From an uncultured delta proteobacterium (GTDB taxonomy: Bacteria > Desulfobacterota > Desulfobaccia > Desulfobaccales > 0-14-0-80-60-11): 64,000 bases of DNA. A program made the position numbers and the translations under genes. The DNA is taken from NCBI GenBank assembly GCA_963812015.1, contig CAWETI010000003.1, positions 1,856,001 through 1,920,000 on the forward strand. The letters are read 5' to 3'. The notes under the pieces are model-generated. The model ran no database searches. It had not been told where the DNA came from and saw only the letters and a program-made list of their open reading frames with translations. This document shows positions 18,672 through 28,186 of this stretch, one piece after another (the first letter of the stretch is position 1; the number at the start of each line of letters is the position of its first letter).

Positions 18672-20147
18672 TCACATCAATCCTTCCTCCGCCCGGTCCA
18701 GGGCCCGCATCAGGGCCATCCCCTTGTTCACGGTTTCCTGATACTCCGCGGCCGGGTCCGAATCCGCCACGATGCCGGCCCCCACCTGGAGATAGACCCG
18801 GCCCTGGTGGATGGTGAAGCTGCGGATCGTGATGCAAAAATCAAGATTGCCGCCGAAACTGAGATATCCCACCGCCCCGGCGTAGGGTCCCCGGCGGGTC
18901 GGCTCCAGCTCCTCGATGATCTCCATGGCCCGCACCTTGGGGGCGCCCGCGACGGTCCCGGCAGGAAAGGTTGACTTCAGCAGGTCCAGGCCGTCGTGCT
19001 CCGGGGCCAGTTCCCCCTCCACCTGAGAGACGATGTGCATAACGTGGGAGTAGCGTTCGATGCTGAACAGCTCCGGCACTCGCACGCTGCCGATCCTGGC
19101 CACCCGGCCCACGTCGTTGCGGCCTAGGTCCACCAGCATCAGGTGCTCGGCCCGCTCCTTGGGGTCGGCCAAAAGCTCGGCCTCCAGCGCCTGATCCTCG
19201 GCGGGCGTGGCGCCCCGGGGACGGGTGCCGGCGATGGGCCGGTAGCTGACCTGGCCTTCCTCCAGGCGCACCAGGATCTCCGGCGAGGCCCCCACCACCT
19301 TCATGTCCCCCTGGTCCAGGTAGAACATGTAGGGCGACGGATTGATTAAGCGCAAGGCCCGGTACAGGTCAAAGGGGTCGTGGCGCAGCGGCGTAGAAAA
19401 ACACTGGGACAGCACCACCTGGATGACGTCCCCCGCGGCGATGTACTCCTTGGCCTGCCGCACCATGGCTTCGAACCGCTCCTGGGTAAGGTTGGACTCC
19501 AGGGAGGGCCGCGGCGACGCCGGCAAGGCCTCCACCAGGGGCACCGGCTGGCGCAGGCGCCCGATAATCACGTCGATGGCCGCCACCGCACGGTCATATT
19601 GGCCCTTAAGGGGCGCGGCCGGGTCGAGGTGCACCAGGGTCAGGATCTTGATGGTCTGGCGCAGGTTGTCGAAAATCAGCAGGTTGTCCGCCAACATCAA
19701 TTGGGCCTCGGGCATGGCGATGGGGGGGTTGAGGGACGGCAGCCGCTCGATATAGCGCACCATGTCGTAGCCCAGGTAGCCTACCAGCCCGCCCCAGAAC
19801 CGGGGCAGCCCCGCCGTGGCCACCGGCCTGAACCCGGCCAAAAGGCCTCGCAGGTGCTCGAAGGGGTCGGCGGCGGGGTCCAGAATTTCCCTGCGCCCCT
19901 GGCGGTGGATGACCGTTTTGCCGCCCTCAACCTGGAACATCAGGGACGGATTGAGGCCCAGAAAACTGAAGCGGCCCCATTTTTCACCACCTTCCACGCT
20001 CTCCAAAAGGAAGGAACACCCCTCGCCCCGCAACTTCTTGTAGGCCGACACCGGGGTCTCCAGGTCCCCCAGGATCTCGCGATAGACCGGGATCAGGTTG
20101 CCCTGCCGGGCCATGTCGCTAAACGTGCCAAAATCCGGATAAACCAT
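18672..20147 (-). CDS. trpE: Anthranilate synthase component I
   Basis: FLLESVEGG (Trp feedback site), NPSPYM, PIAGTRPRG, EHLMLVDLGRND, GAPKVRAMEII. Confidence 0.97.
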   Translation of the reverse strand: MVYPDFGTFSDMARQGNLIPVYREILGDLETPVSAYKKLRGEGCSFLLESVEGGEKWGRFSFLGLNPSLMFQVEGGKTVIHRQGRREILDPAADPFEHLRGLLAGFRPVATAGLPRFWGGLVGYLGYDMVRYIERLPSLNPPIAMPEAQLMLADNLLIFDNLRQTIKILTLVHLDPAAPLKGQYDRAVAAIDVIIGRLRQPVPLVEALPASPRPSLESNLTQERFEAMVRQAKEYIAAGDVIQVVLSQCFSTPLRHDPFDLYRALRLINPSPYMFYLDQGDMKVVGASPEILVRLEEGQVSYRPIAGTRPRGATPAEDQALEAELLADPKERAEHLMLVDLGRNDVGRVARIGSVRVPELFSIERYSHVMHIVSQVEGELAPEHDGLDLLKSTFPAGTVAGAPKVRAMEIIEELEPTRRGPYAGAVGYLSFGGNLDFCITIRSFTIHQGRVYLQVGAGIVADSDPAAEYQETVNKGMALMRALDRAEEGLM

Positions 20148-20232
20148 GCCTGCTCCAAAGAAAAGAGAATATTTTATCAGAGGTTCAGGGAGCTTCGCCC
20201 CATGTCCCCCCTACAATCTGACGATTGCGCTT

Positions 20233-20415
20233 GTGCGGGGAGAGGGCTAAGGGCTTTTTTGTAAGGTGCCCTTACCCCCTCCCCCCACACCCTCCACCCC
20301 CCCCACCCCCATAAGGGGGTGAGAAATGGGAATTATTGGTGGGGCGAGCCTCCGTGCCCGCCATGCCTCCATCATCCTTCACAATCATTGGTGGCGCAGG
20401 CGTCTCGCCTGTGCA
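20233..20415. repeat. Cluster of REP-like palindromes in the trpE leader region
   Basis: Family A-like G/C-run hairpin 20233-20322, then GTGGGGCGAGCC..GCCCGCC and GTGGCGCAGGCGTCTCGCCTGTGC palindromes. Confidence 0.65.
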
Positions 20416-20455
20416 TCTTGCTGTGAACCTTAATCCACTATACCATCAAAACCAT

Positions 20456-20531
20456 AAAAAAAAGCCAGGCCCCCATTGGGCCACGGCTTTTTCCGCCTAA
20501 AAAAACCGGGGCCCCTCTCGTGAGGGGCCCC
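20456..20531 (-). terminator. Two tandem intrinsic terminators of the trp attenuator
   Basis: Minus strand: GGGGCCCCTC-ACGA-GAGGGGCCCC-GG-T7, then AAAAAGCCGTGGCCC-AAT-GGGGGCCTGGC-T8. Confidence 0.85.
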
Positions 20532-20560
20532 AAAATATCAAACCTGTTGCCGGACGCACC

Positions 20561-20617
20561 TCACGAACCCGCCATCACGCGCCACCAGCACCAACTGAAT
20601 TCAAAGGTAATTTCCAT
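20561..20617 (-). CDS. trpL: trp operon leader peptide
   Basis: MEITFEFSWCWWRVMAGS*: three Trp codons within four; upstream of trpE; followed by antiterminator/terminator. Confidence 0.9.
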   Translation of the reverse strand: MEITFEFSWCWWRVMAGS

Positions 20618-20624
20618 AGCTGAA

Positions 20625-20653
20625 AAATTATCTCATCAGCAACGGGGTGTCAA
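20625..20653 (-). promoter_or_regulatory. sigma-70 promoter of trpL
   Basis: TTGACA-17 nt-TAATTT, then 7 nt to the trpL ATG. Confidence 0.75.
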
Positions 20654-21849
20654 GCTTTATCCTTGTCTTTATCAATAAAGCCGGGCTGGGCGGACATAAT
20701 GGATAGACGCCGAGAGGTAAGATTGAAATAGAGCAGAACTACTAATATTAACGGAGTTATCTGCAGCATATTCTCGTACGCCAGAACTCTGGATAACAGA
20801 GGCGTAATCCAGGCCAGAATCAGGAAGATCTTATCATTGACCAGCCAGCCCTTTTGATACCCTTCCCAACCAATCCATGCAGCGGGAATGGCCAGCCGTA
20901 CCAATTCGTATTCCGAAGCATAGGGCGTAAACAACAAGCTGCCGATGACCAATACCGAAACCCGAATAGCCATGGCCTCCCTCCGGGACCACGTCCAAAT
21001 CACAACGCCAACCATTGCGGCCATCGCCAGTCCCTGGATAATATAGGCTGCAGTCAGATTTCCCCCCGCCTGGAGAGTTGCAGCAAAGAGAGTAGGCATA
21101 ATTTTTAAAGAGGCTAACCCCTGTTGGAGGGCTTGCATGGGCAGGCTACGAATGTGCCAATAGGCCAGCCAGGGTTCCCAGCCAAAAGCCAGGATACTGG
21201 CAAAGGCCAGAATTCCGGCGGAAACCATGGGGGCCCCCAGAGTTCGCCAATAGCGACCAGCAAGCAATGCCAATGGAATCAAAACAAAAAAATTAGGCTT
21301 GTAACTGAGCAGCCCGAATAAAATTCCCGCCATGACGGGCGAGCCTTCCATCAGGAGCAGGCCCCCGCCCAATAGCGCGGCCGAAAATAGGCCATTTTGC
21401 CCATAATTGAGGTTCATCAATGCCCCGGGAAATGATAAGGCCAGCCAGATGGTCAGGGGATGGGGGGCACTGAGTCTGATTACCAAGAGATAGGCACTGA
21501 GAGTCAACACCAGCCACATTATAAGAGAGGGATAATAAGGCAGGAAAGACAGGGGCAAGACCATAAGTAAGAAAGTCGGAGGGTAGAACCAGGGAGTCGG
21601 AAACGGTTGGCCGTTTGCCTGAGCCAAGGCCGGATAGAATTGCGCCGTATCATAAACCGCCGCGGGCTTCCCAGCTGCGACAAAGGAAGATCCAACCCAG
21701 AATTCGAGAAAGTCGTTCTTGCTTAAAGGGCCTTCCAAATTTAATGCCCAGCGAACCAGTATATTCCCTACATAGGCAACAATAATTATCTTAGGTATTA
21801 TTGTCAGTATCTTTAGTAACAGCCAATCCCAATCAACGGCAATCTTCAT
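20650..21849 (-). CDS. Multi-pass membrane glycosyltransferase (GT87/DUF2029-like)
   Basis: DFLEFW, FYPPTFLL, GQNG, SYKP, YE motifs; many TM segments. Confidence 0.85.
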   Translation of the reverse strand: MKIAVDWDWLLLKILTIIPKIIIVAYVGNILVRWALNLEGPLSKNDFLEFWVGSSFVAAGKPAAVYDTAQFYPALAQANGQPFPTPWFYPPTFLLMVLPLSFLPYYPSLIMWLVLTLSAYLLVIRLSAPHPLTIWLALSFPGALMNLNYGQNGLFSAALLGGGLLLMEGSPVMAGILFGLLSYKPNFFVLIPLALLAGRYWRTLGAPMVSAGILAFASILAFGWEPWLAYWHIRSLPMQALQQGLASLKIMPTLFAATLQAGGNLTAAYIIQGLAMAAMVGVVIWTWSRREAMAIRVSVLVIGSLLFTPYASEYELVRLAIPAAWIGWEGYQKGWLVNDKIFLILAWITPLLSRVLAYENMLQITPLILVVLLYFNLTSRRLSIMSAQPGFIDKDKDKA

Positions 21850-21886
21850 GCTGAATTTTTCCGGAAAACTTTTCTTCTCGGGGTTA

Positions 21887-22750
21887 TTATCTTAATGATT
21901 GGGACAATTTATCCGCCTTGATTAACGACAACAATCGTGAATGAATCAGATCATTACTGCCTACAATATTGGGGGCGCAGATGTCGTAATCGCCGCCGTC
22001 GAAGGTGGTGATCTTGCCCCTGGCCTCGGTGACAATGACCACACCCGCGGCGGTGTCCCAGGGCTTCAGGTTTTCTTCATAGTAGCCGTCAAAGCGGCCG
22101 CAGGCCACGTAGCACATGTCCAGGGCCGCGGCCCCGGCCCGGCGTACCCCCTGTGCGCTAGCCACCACCCGACCTAACCGGGCCATGCTCTCGGGCACCC
22201 GCTCCCGGATGTCGTAGGGAAAGCCCGTGGCGATGAGGGCCCGGGACATTTGCGCCGTCTCGGATACCCGGATAGGCCGGCCGTTGAGTCTGGCCCCCCC
22301 TCCCCTTCTGCCCTCGAAGAGCTCATCCCGCAGGGGGTCATAGATAACTCCGTATTCCAGGAGGCCGTCCGCCTCGCACGCGATGGACACGCAAAACATG
22401 GGAAACCCGTGGGCGAAGTTGACGGTGCCGTCCAGGGGGTCGATGATCCAGCGGCAGGTCGGCGCCGGCTCGGCCTCCCAGGCCAGGCCGGGATGACCCG
22501 GTTCCAGGGCAGCCAAGGGCGGCTGCCCCACCCCCCCCTCCCCTACCCTCTCCTCGGCCAGAAACTCGTGGTCCGGGAAGGTCTGGCGGATCATCCCGAT
22601 GATAATCTCCTGGCACTGAAAATCGGTCTCGGTCACCGGGTCGATGGTCCCCTTCATGGTGATCTGGTGGGGTTTCTGGTAGTTGAGGCGCATCACCGCG
22701 CCCGCCGCCAGGGCGGCTTGCCGCCCGATCTGGGCGATTTTATCTGGCAT
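21887..22750 (-). CDS. suhB: Inositol monophosphatase family protein
   Basis: DPVTETD, LAEE, WIIDPLDGTVNFAHG, GAAALDMCYVA, PWDTAAG. Confidence 0.93.
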   Translation of the reverse strand: MPDKIAQIGRQAALAAGAVMRLNYQKPHQITMKGTIDPVTETDFQCQEIIIGMIRQTFPDHEFLAEERVGEGGVGQPPLAALEPGHPGLAWEAEPAPTCRWIIDPLDGTVNFAHGFPMFCVSIACEADGLLEYGVIYDPLRDELFEGRRGGGARLNGRPIRVSETAQMSRALIATGFPYDIRERVPESMARLGRVVASAQGVRRAGAAALDMCYVACGRFDGYYEENLKPWDTAAGVVIVTEARGKITTFDGGDYDICAPNIVGSNDLIHSRLLSLIKADKLSQSLR

Positions 22751-22850
22751 ATGATTAATTCCTTGCCTGGCAGGCAGGTTGGAAATGATGGCAATAAATG
22801 AGATGCTGGTACGCAGTGCGCACCCTATAAAAAAAACAAAAACCGGCTGC

Positions 22851-23300
22851 TCAGGAGCCCACCGTCAGGAGCTGAAAGCCGGTCTGGGGGTCCTTTTGGC
22901 GCCGGGCGTCGGTCCCGAGGATTTCCAGTACGACCACCTCGCCCACCAGCCAGACGTCCACCCCAGCCCGGGTGCAGCCCACCGTGGCCCCCCCTTCCCG
23001 GCCCGCGGCGGCGTGCATGTGCAGCATGGGCGTCCCCGCCTCGTCGGGGATCAGGGTCCCCACTGCCAGGACTTCCTGGGAGCCGGTGAGCTGGTGGATC
23101 AGGGGCACGACCGCGTCAAGCCGCTGGGCATCGGGACCCACCACCACTTTGCTGCCCGTGGCCGACCCACCCAGGTAGAAGGCCAGGGCGTGTTTTAGCC
23201 CCTGCTCCCGGGCGAAGGTCTCCAGCGTATCATTGAGGCGCTCCCCGTCCTCCAGTCGCAAGACGAAGACCCGTCCCATCCTGCCTTCCGTGTACTGCAT
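22851..23300 (-). CDS. PPC/DUF296 domain protein
   Basis: GRVFVLRLEDGE, LHMHAAAGR; SD AGGGAGG. Confidence 0.85.
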   Translation of the reverse strand: MQYTEGRMGRVFVLRLEDGERLNDTLETFAREQGLKHALAFYLGGSATGSKVVVGPDAQRLDAVVPLIHQLTGSQEVLAVGTLIPDEAGTPMLHMHAAAGREGGATVGCTRAGVDVWLVGEVVVLEILGTDARRQKDPQTGFQLLTVGS

Positions 23301-23562
23301 GCCGCCTCCCTTGAGGTGTTGATGCCGAGTCGTCATCAAACCAGTGGCCCGGGCTTTCCCCCGCGGCTACCAAAGAACTTATTGCTCGCAACTCGGTATG
23401 ACAACTCCCTTTATGGAATGTCTCAACTATACCATTACTTAAACGCATTCGCCCTTAACCTCCCCCTCCCTTAAAGGAAGGGGGTTAGGGGGAGGTGAAT
23501 GGTAAGGCTGTGCAGTTATTTTAACTTTTATCAACCCCAGCCTGCCCCTACGAGCAGGGGCC

Positions 23563-24279
23563 TCATTTCTTCTTGCCTTTGCTGCTCCCCTGCTTTTTGG
23601 AGGCGGGTTTGGAATGAGCCGGGGCCGGGGTCAGGGGCGTGAACAGGTTGACCGTGACCAACCCGATAAAGAACCCCCCCAGGTGGGCCATCCAGGCCAC
23701 GGTGCCGCCGTTCCTCAGGCCGTAGAACTGTAACGCCAGCCACAGTCCCAGCCAGACGAAGGCGGGGATGTACACCGTTTCCGGGCGTAGCCGCCAGAAA
23801 ACTATGGTGCAGATGGGCGATTTGGGCAGTCGGATCAGATACCCCCCCAAAACCCCGGCAATGGCGCCGCTGGCTCCGATGAGGGGTACGGCCAGGCTGG
23901 AAGCCGCCAGCACGTGGAAGATGCAGGCAAAGAAGCCGCAGAAAAAGTAAAAGCCGAAAAACCGTCCGGGGCCTAGGTCATCCTCCAGGGCTTCCCCAAA
24001 GACCCAGAGAAACCACATATTGCCGATGAGGTGCACCCAGCCGGCGTGGAGGAAGAGGGAACTGAACATGGTAGGCAGCAGCCCCACGGACTGCCGGAGG
24101 CTCAAGACCTTGAGCCGGCTGAGCTTAGCGGCCACCGCCCCCTTGTGGTAAAACAGGTCCGTGGCCGCATCGGAGCCGATGTGGAGTTGATAGAGAAAAA
24201 TCGCCACATTCACCACGATCAGCCCCAGGGTGATCCAGGGCCACCGGTGTTTGGCCGGGGCCCCCCTGATAGGAATCAT
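23563..24279 (-). CDS. Rhomboid family intramembrane serine protease
   Basis: FLHAGWVHLIGNM, GASGAIAG (Ser), AHLGGF (His). Confidence 0.92.
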   Translation of the reverse strand: MIPIRGAPAKHRWPWITLGLIVVNVAIFLYQLHIGSDAATDLFYHKGAVAAKLSRLKVLSLRQSVGLLPTMFSSLFLHAGWVHLIGNMWFLWVFGEALEDDLGPGRFFGFYFFCGFFACIFHVLAASSLAVPLIGASGAIAGVLGGYLIRLPKSPICTIVFWRLRPETVYIPAFVWLGLWLALQFYGLRNGGTVAWMAHLGGFFIGLVTVNLFTPLTPAPAHSKPASKKQGSSKGKKK

Positions 24280-24604
24280 GCCGCAGCTCCGGCGTGCAAA
24301 TCCTGAGGCCCGGGCCCGATAAGCGCAACCCGGCCTGGATGACGATGCGGTGTACATCTGGCGGTGGACACCATGGGTTCTCGGTTAAGCTCCCTCTTGT
24401 GGCCGCGAGTTATTCATCAGGGCGTTAACCAAGTCCCTTCCCTTTTCCCCCTTCTCCTCGGAGGAGAGGGTTGGAGTGGCGGTGAAGGTGACTTGATTCC
24501 TGGTCCGGGTAGTAAGAACGGGAAGAGTTAACTCACCCCGGCCTTTCAGCCCCGCGCATTGTACCCCAATCCCTCATAGCTGTCCAGACCCGGAAAGCGC
24601 GGAG

Positions 24605-24633
24605 TTGACAAGGGGAGGAGTTTCTAATAAAAA
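24605..24633 (+). promoter_or_regulatory. Putative sigma-70 promoter of miaB
   Basis: TTGACA-17 nt-TAAAAA, 6 nt before ATG 24640; -10 imperfect. Confidence 0.5.
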
Positions 24634-24639
24634 GACTAC

Positions 24640-25974
24640 ATGGTGCGGCCCAAGAGAAAATTGTACATTCGGACGTTTGGCTGCCAGATGAACGTGGCCG
24701 ATTCCGAACTGATGGCCCAGGTTTTGGGGGAGGAATACGACCTGACGGCCCGGGCCGAGGACGCCGACCTCTACCTGATCAACACCTGCGCCATTCGCCA
24801 CAAATCCCAGGAGAAGGTCAAAAGTCTCCTGGGCAGTTTAAAGTTTCTCAAGCAGCAGCGCCCCCAGCTTATCCTGGGGGTCGGGGGCTGCGTGGCCCAA
24901 CAGGAGGGCGAGCGGCTCCTGGCTGTGGCCCCCCATCTCAATCTGGTATTCGGCACCAAGGGCATCTACCGGCTGCCAGCCCTGGTGAACCGGGCCGTGC
25001 AGGGCGAACGGGTGGTGGACGTGACCCTGGAACGGCACTTTCCGGACCTGCCCCACCGCGCCTGGTCGCCGCGCACGGTGCAGACCATGGTGACGATCAT
25101 GCAGGGCTGCGATAACTTCTGCACCTTCTGTGTGGTCCCCTACGTCCGGGGCCGGGAGGTCAGCCGGGAGCCCGCCGCCATCCTGGACGAAGTCGCGGCT
25201 TTTCTTGAGGCCGGTGGCCAGGAAGTGACCCTCCTGGGCCAGAACGTCAATTCCTATGGCCGGGGCTTGCCGGAGCCCATCACTTTTCCCCAACTGCTGC
25301 GCCGTCTGAATCGGCTGCCGGGCCTGAATCGCCTGCGGTTCGCCACCTCCCACCCCCGGGACCTGTCGCCTGAGCTCATCAGCGCCTTTGGCGAACTCAG
25401 CGCCCTGTGCGAACATCTCCATTTGCCGGTGCAGTCCGGGGCCAACCGCATCCTCCGGAGGATGAACCGGGGCTACACCCGGGAACACTACCTGGAAAAG
25501 GTCGTGTCTCTCCGGGGCGCCTGCCCTGACCTCGCTCTGTCCACCGACCTGATCGTCGGCTTTCCCGGGGAAACCGAGGCGGATTTTGACCAGACCCTGG
25601 ACCTGATGCGGGAAGCGGAGTTCGATCAGGCCTTTTCCTTCAAATATTCCCCCCGCCCCCAGACCCGGGCGGCGACCTTCCCAGAACAGGTGCCGGAAGA
25701 GATTAAGGCGGATCGCCTGGCTCGCCTCCAAGCCTTGCAGGATGAGCTTACCCGGAAATCTCATGCCCGTCTCGTGGGCCAGGAGCGGGAGGTCTTGGTG
25801 GAAGGCCCGAGTAAACGCTCCGCCCAGGAGTTGTGCGGACGTCTCAAGACCAACCAGATCGTCAACTTTAACGGACCCCGGGAATTGGCGGGACGTCTGG
25901 CCCGGGTTATCATAACCGAGGCTCACCCCCATTCTCTGAAAGGCCGATGGGTGCAGGGCTCGTCCACCTCGTAA
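24640..25974 (+). CDS. miaB: tRNA-2-methylthio-N6-dimethylallyladenosine synthase
   Basis: TFGCQMN, NTC, GCVAQ, CDNFCTFCVVP radical SAM motif, C-terminal TRAM domain. Confidence 0.96.
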   Translation: MVRPKRKLYIRTFGCQMNVADSELMAQVLGEEYDLTARAEDADLYLINTCAIRHKSQEKVKSLLGSLKFLKQQRPQLILGVGGCVAQQEGERLLAVAPHLNLVFGTKGIYRLPALVNRAVQGERVVDVTLERHFPDLPHRAWSPRTVQTMVTIMQGCDNFCTFCVVPYVRGREVSREPAAILDEVAAFLEAGGQEVTLLGQNVNSYGRGLPEPITFPQLLRRLNRLPGLNRLRFATSHPRDLSPELISAFGELSALCEHLHLPVQSGANRILRRMNRGYTREHYLEKVVSLRGACPDLALSTDLIVGFPGETEADFDQTLDLMREAEFDQAFSFKYSPRPQTRAATFPEQVPEEIKADRLARLQALQDELTRKSHARLVGQEREVLVEGPSKRSAQELCGRLKTNQIVNFNGPRELAGRLARVIITEAHPHSLKGRWVQGSSTS

Positions 25975-26014
25975 CCGTGGGGAGGCGCTGGTGGCCATCC
26001 CCGAGGGAGGCATC

Positions 26015-26512
26015 ATGCTAAGAGAAATGACGGTTTCCGGGTTGACCATCGACCCCTTCACCAACAGCCCCATCATGATCCTCAAGGATGTGGACTCGGA
26101 CAAAGCCGTCCCCATCTGGATCGGGTTGCTGGAGGCCACCGCCATTGCCAGTGAGTTGGAGAACATCAAGTTCTCCCGCCCCATGACCCATGATCTGTTG
26201 AGAAATATCATGGATCTCATGGAGACCACGGTGACCAAGGTGGAGGTTTGCGACCTGCGCGATAACACCTATTTTGCCCTTATCTACCTTATCCGGGACG
26301 GCCGGGAAGTCAGCATCGACGCCCGGCCCAGCGATGCCATCGCCATCGCCCTGCGCACCAAGGCCCCCATCTTCGTGGCCGAGGTGGTGATCCAAAAGGC
26401 CCGGCGCGTGGACCTGACCGCCAAAGAGGCCATCACCACCGAAGACGCCAAGAAGTGGACCGAGGTGCTGGAAAGCCTGGACCCGGAAGATTTCGGCAAA
26501 TATAAGATGTAA
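26015..26512 (+). CDS. Bifunctional nuclease (DUF151) family protein
   Basis: PIWIG..EA.AI, RPMTHDL, DARPSDAIAIALR. Confidence 0.92.
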   Translation: MLREMTVSGLTIDPFTNSPIMILKDVDSDKAVPIWIGLLEATAIASELENIKFSRPMTHDLLRNIMDLMETTVTKVEVCDLRDNTYFALIYLIRDGREVSIDARPSDAIAIALRTKAPIFVAEVVIQKARRVDLTAKEAITTEDAKKWTEVLESLDPEDFGKYKM

Positions 26513-26601
26513 GGAAAACCGGCGTACATCTGACCACGCCGCATGGCCAGGCGGCCCCACGCCGGAAAAATCCCCGCTGGCTCGATAATGAGAGCTGCAA
26601 T

Positions 26602-27255
26602 ATGATCGATCTCCATACCCATTCCCTGTATAGCGACGGCGAACTGGTGCCGGCAGAGCTGTGGCGCCGGGCCCAGGTGAAAGGATACCGCTATCTCGCC
26701 ATCACCGATCATGTGGATGCCTCCAATTTCGAGGTGGTCTTCAGCCGGCTGAAAGCCGCGGCCTTGAGCCTTAACCGGGGGGACTACCCGGTGCTCATCC
26801 CCGGCCTGGAGTTCACCCACCTGCCCCCGGCCCTCATTGCCCCCCTGACCGCCCAGGCCCGGGCCCTGGGGGTGCCCCTCATCGTGGTCCACGGTGAGAG
26901 CCTGGCGGAACCGGTGGCTCCGGGCACCAACCGGGCCGCCATCGAGGCCGATATCGACATCCTGGCCCACCCCGGCCTTATCACCCTGGATGAAGCCGCC
27001 CGGGCCCGGGAACGTGGCGTCTTTCTGGAGATCTCCGCCCGCAAAGGCCACTGCCTGGCCAACGGCCACGTGGCCCGGACCGCCCTGGAAGTGGGCGCGT
27101 CTCTGCTGGTCAACACCGACTCCCACGGCCCCTCGGACCTCATCACCCGGCACCAGGCGGAGCGCATCGCCCGGGGCGCAGGCCTCACGGAGGCCGCGGT
27201 CCATACCCTCTTTGCCGACGCCGAATCCCTGGCCCGCCGTCTGGCAGAGCTGTAA
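26602..27255 (+). CDS. PHP-domain protein (histidinol phosphatase-like)
   Basis: DLHTHS..SDG, ITDH, LAHPG, NTDSH. Confidence 0.9.
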   Translation: MIDLHTHSLYSDGELVPAELWRRAQVKGYRYLAITDHVDASNFEVVFSRLKAAALSLNRGDYPVLIPGLEFTHLPPALIAPLTAQARALGVPLIVVHGESLAEPVAPGTNRAAIEADIDILAHPGLITLDEAARARERGVFLEISARKGHCLANGHVARTALEVGASLLVNTDSHGPSDLITRHQAERIARGAGLTEAAVHTLFADAESLARRLAEL

Positions 27256-27332
27256 AACGCTTGTGGTATGCATTAAGTTAATTCTTTTATTATTTCCTAA
27301 ATTCCCTGATAGGGCAAAAGGAGAATATAACC

Positions 27333-28058
27333 ATGGATAGTTCTGAAGAAAGAACCCGTGGCGAGCAAATCAACACATGGGTGCAAACTATCGGGATTGT
27401 TTTAGCTGCTGCCTGGGGAATATACACTTTTGTCTTTACACAAATTACGCTGCCAAAATCAGCCCCACTAAATATATCGATAGGTCTTTCTTTAAAAAGG
27501 AGCGGTACGAGCGTTCCTGTAGTAGCCAAAAATGGTAAAAAATTTGAAGCTATCGAAATGAAAATTTCCGCCCAAAATCCTAGTTCACGAATAATTTATC
27601 TATATCCTAATAAATTCATAGCATATGGATTTAAGGTAATTCAGAAAGATTATAATATTCCGAAACAAATCCCTGATCAACAAGATAATTTTTGTAGTCT
27701 CATAACTAAGCATTATAGCTTAAGCCAGTCGTCAATAATAGCTATTGCTGATTTTATACCTGATTTCTTTTTAAAACCAGGTGAAAAAGTAGGAAGAGAT
27801 TTAATATTTCTTGTCCCTAAAGGCGAATATGATATGCTTCAAGTTATTGGTTATATCCCTACTGCTGCCGATGAATCAGATGAATTTAAATTGAGGTGGG
27901 AATGTGTAGAAAACAATGAGTTGGCTTATTCTATGTACAAGGTTTCAGGAGGTAAGGAAGAGAAATTAGAGAAGATAAAAGGAGTTGGATTTAAAAATTA
28001 TCCAAAAAAACTTGACTGGCAATATGCTGAAACTAGCTCAATGATATCTTTGTGGTAA
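27333..28058 (+). CDS. AT-rich hypothetical protein with N-terminal membrane anchor
   Basis: 241-aa ORF, SD AGGAG, one N-terminal TM segment, composition far more AT-rich than its flanks. Confidence 0.75.
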   Translation: MDSSEERTRGEQINTWVQTIGIVLAAAWGIYTFVFTQITLPKSAPLNISIGLSLKRSGTSVPVVAKNGKKFEAIEMKISAQNPSSRIIYLYPNKFIAYGFKVIQKDYNIPKQIPDQQDNFCSLITKHYSLSQSSIIAIADFIPDFFLKPGEKVGRDLIFLVPKGEYDMLQVIGYIPTAADESDEFKLRWECVENNELAYSMYKVSGGKEEKLEKIKGVGFKNYPKKLDWQYAETSSMISLW

Positions 28059-28186
28059 GCTCATCACTTAGTTTGCTTTAAATTTTCCAATATTTATATA
28101 GCGGCTTATGGCCGCCATAATAATCTGACGCCTCCGCCAAATGCCTCTCCAAATCTTGCCATTCTCTCAAGATTATTTGCCAATTC

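Noticed and set aside
20437..20445. Extended -10-like TGGTATAGT downstream of the attenuator (attenuation-independent trpE promoter)
   Set aside because: Short motif with no -35; could be chance without TSS data
24276..24374. Short minus-strand ORF (MVSTARCTPHRHPGRV...) overlapping the rhomboid start by ATGA
   Set aside because: SD poorly spaced and no protein-like features; cannot be supported
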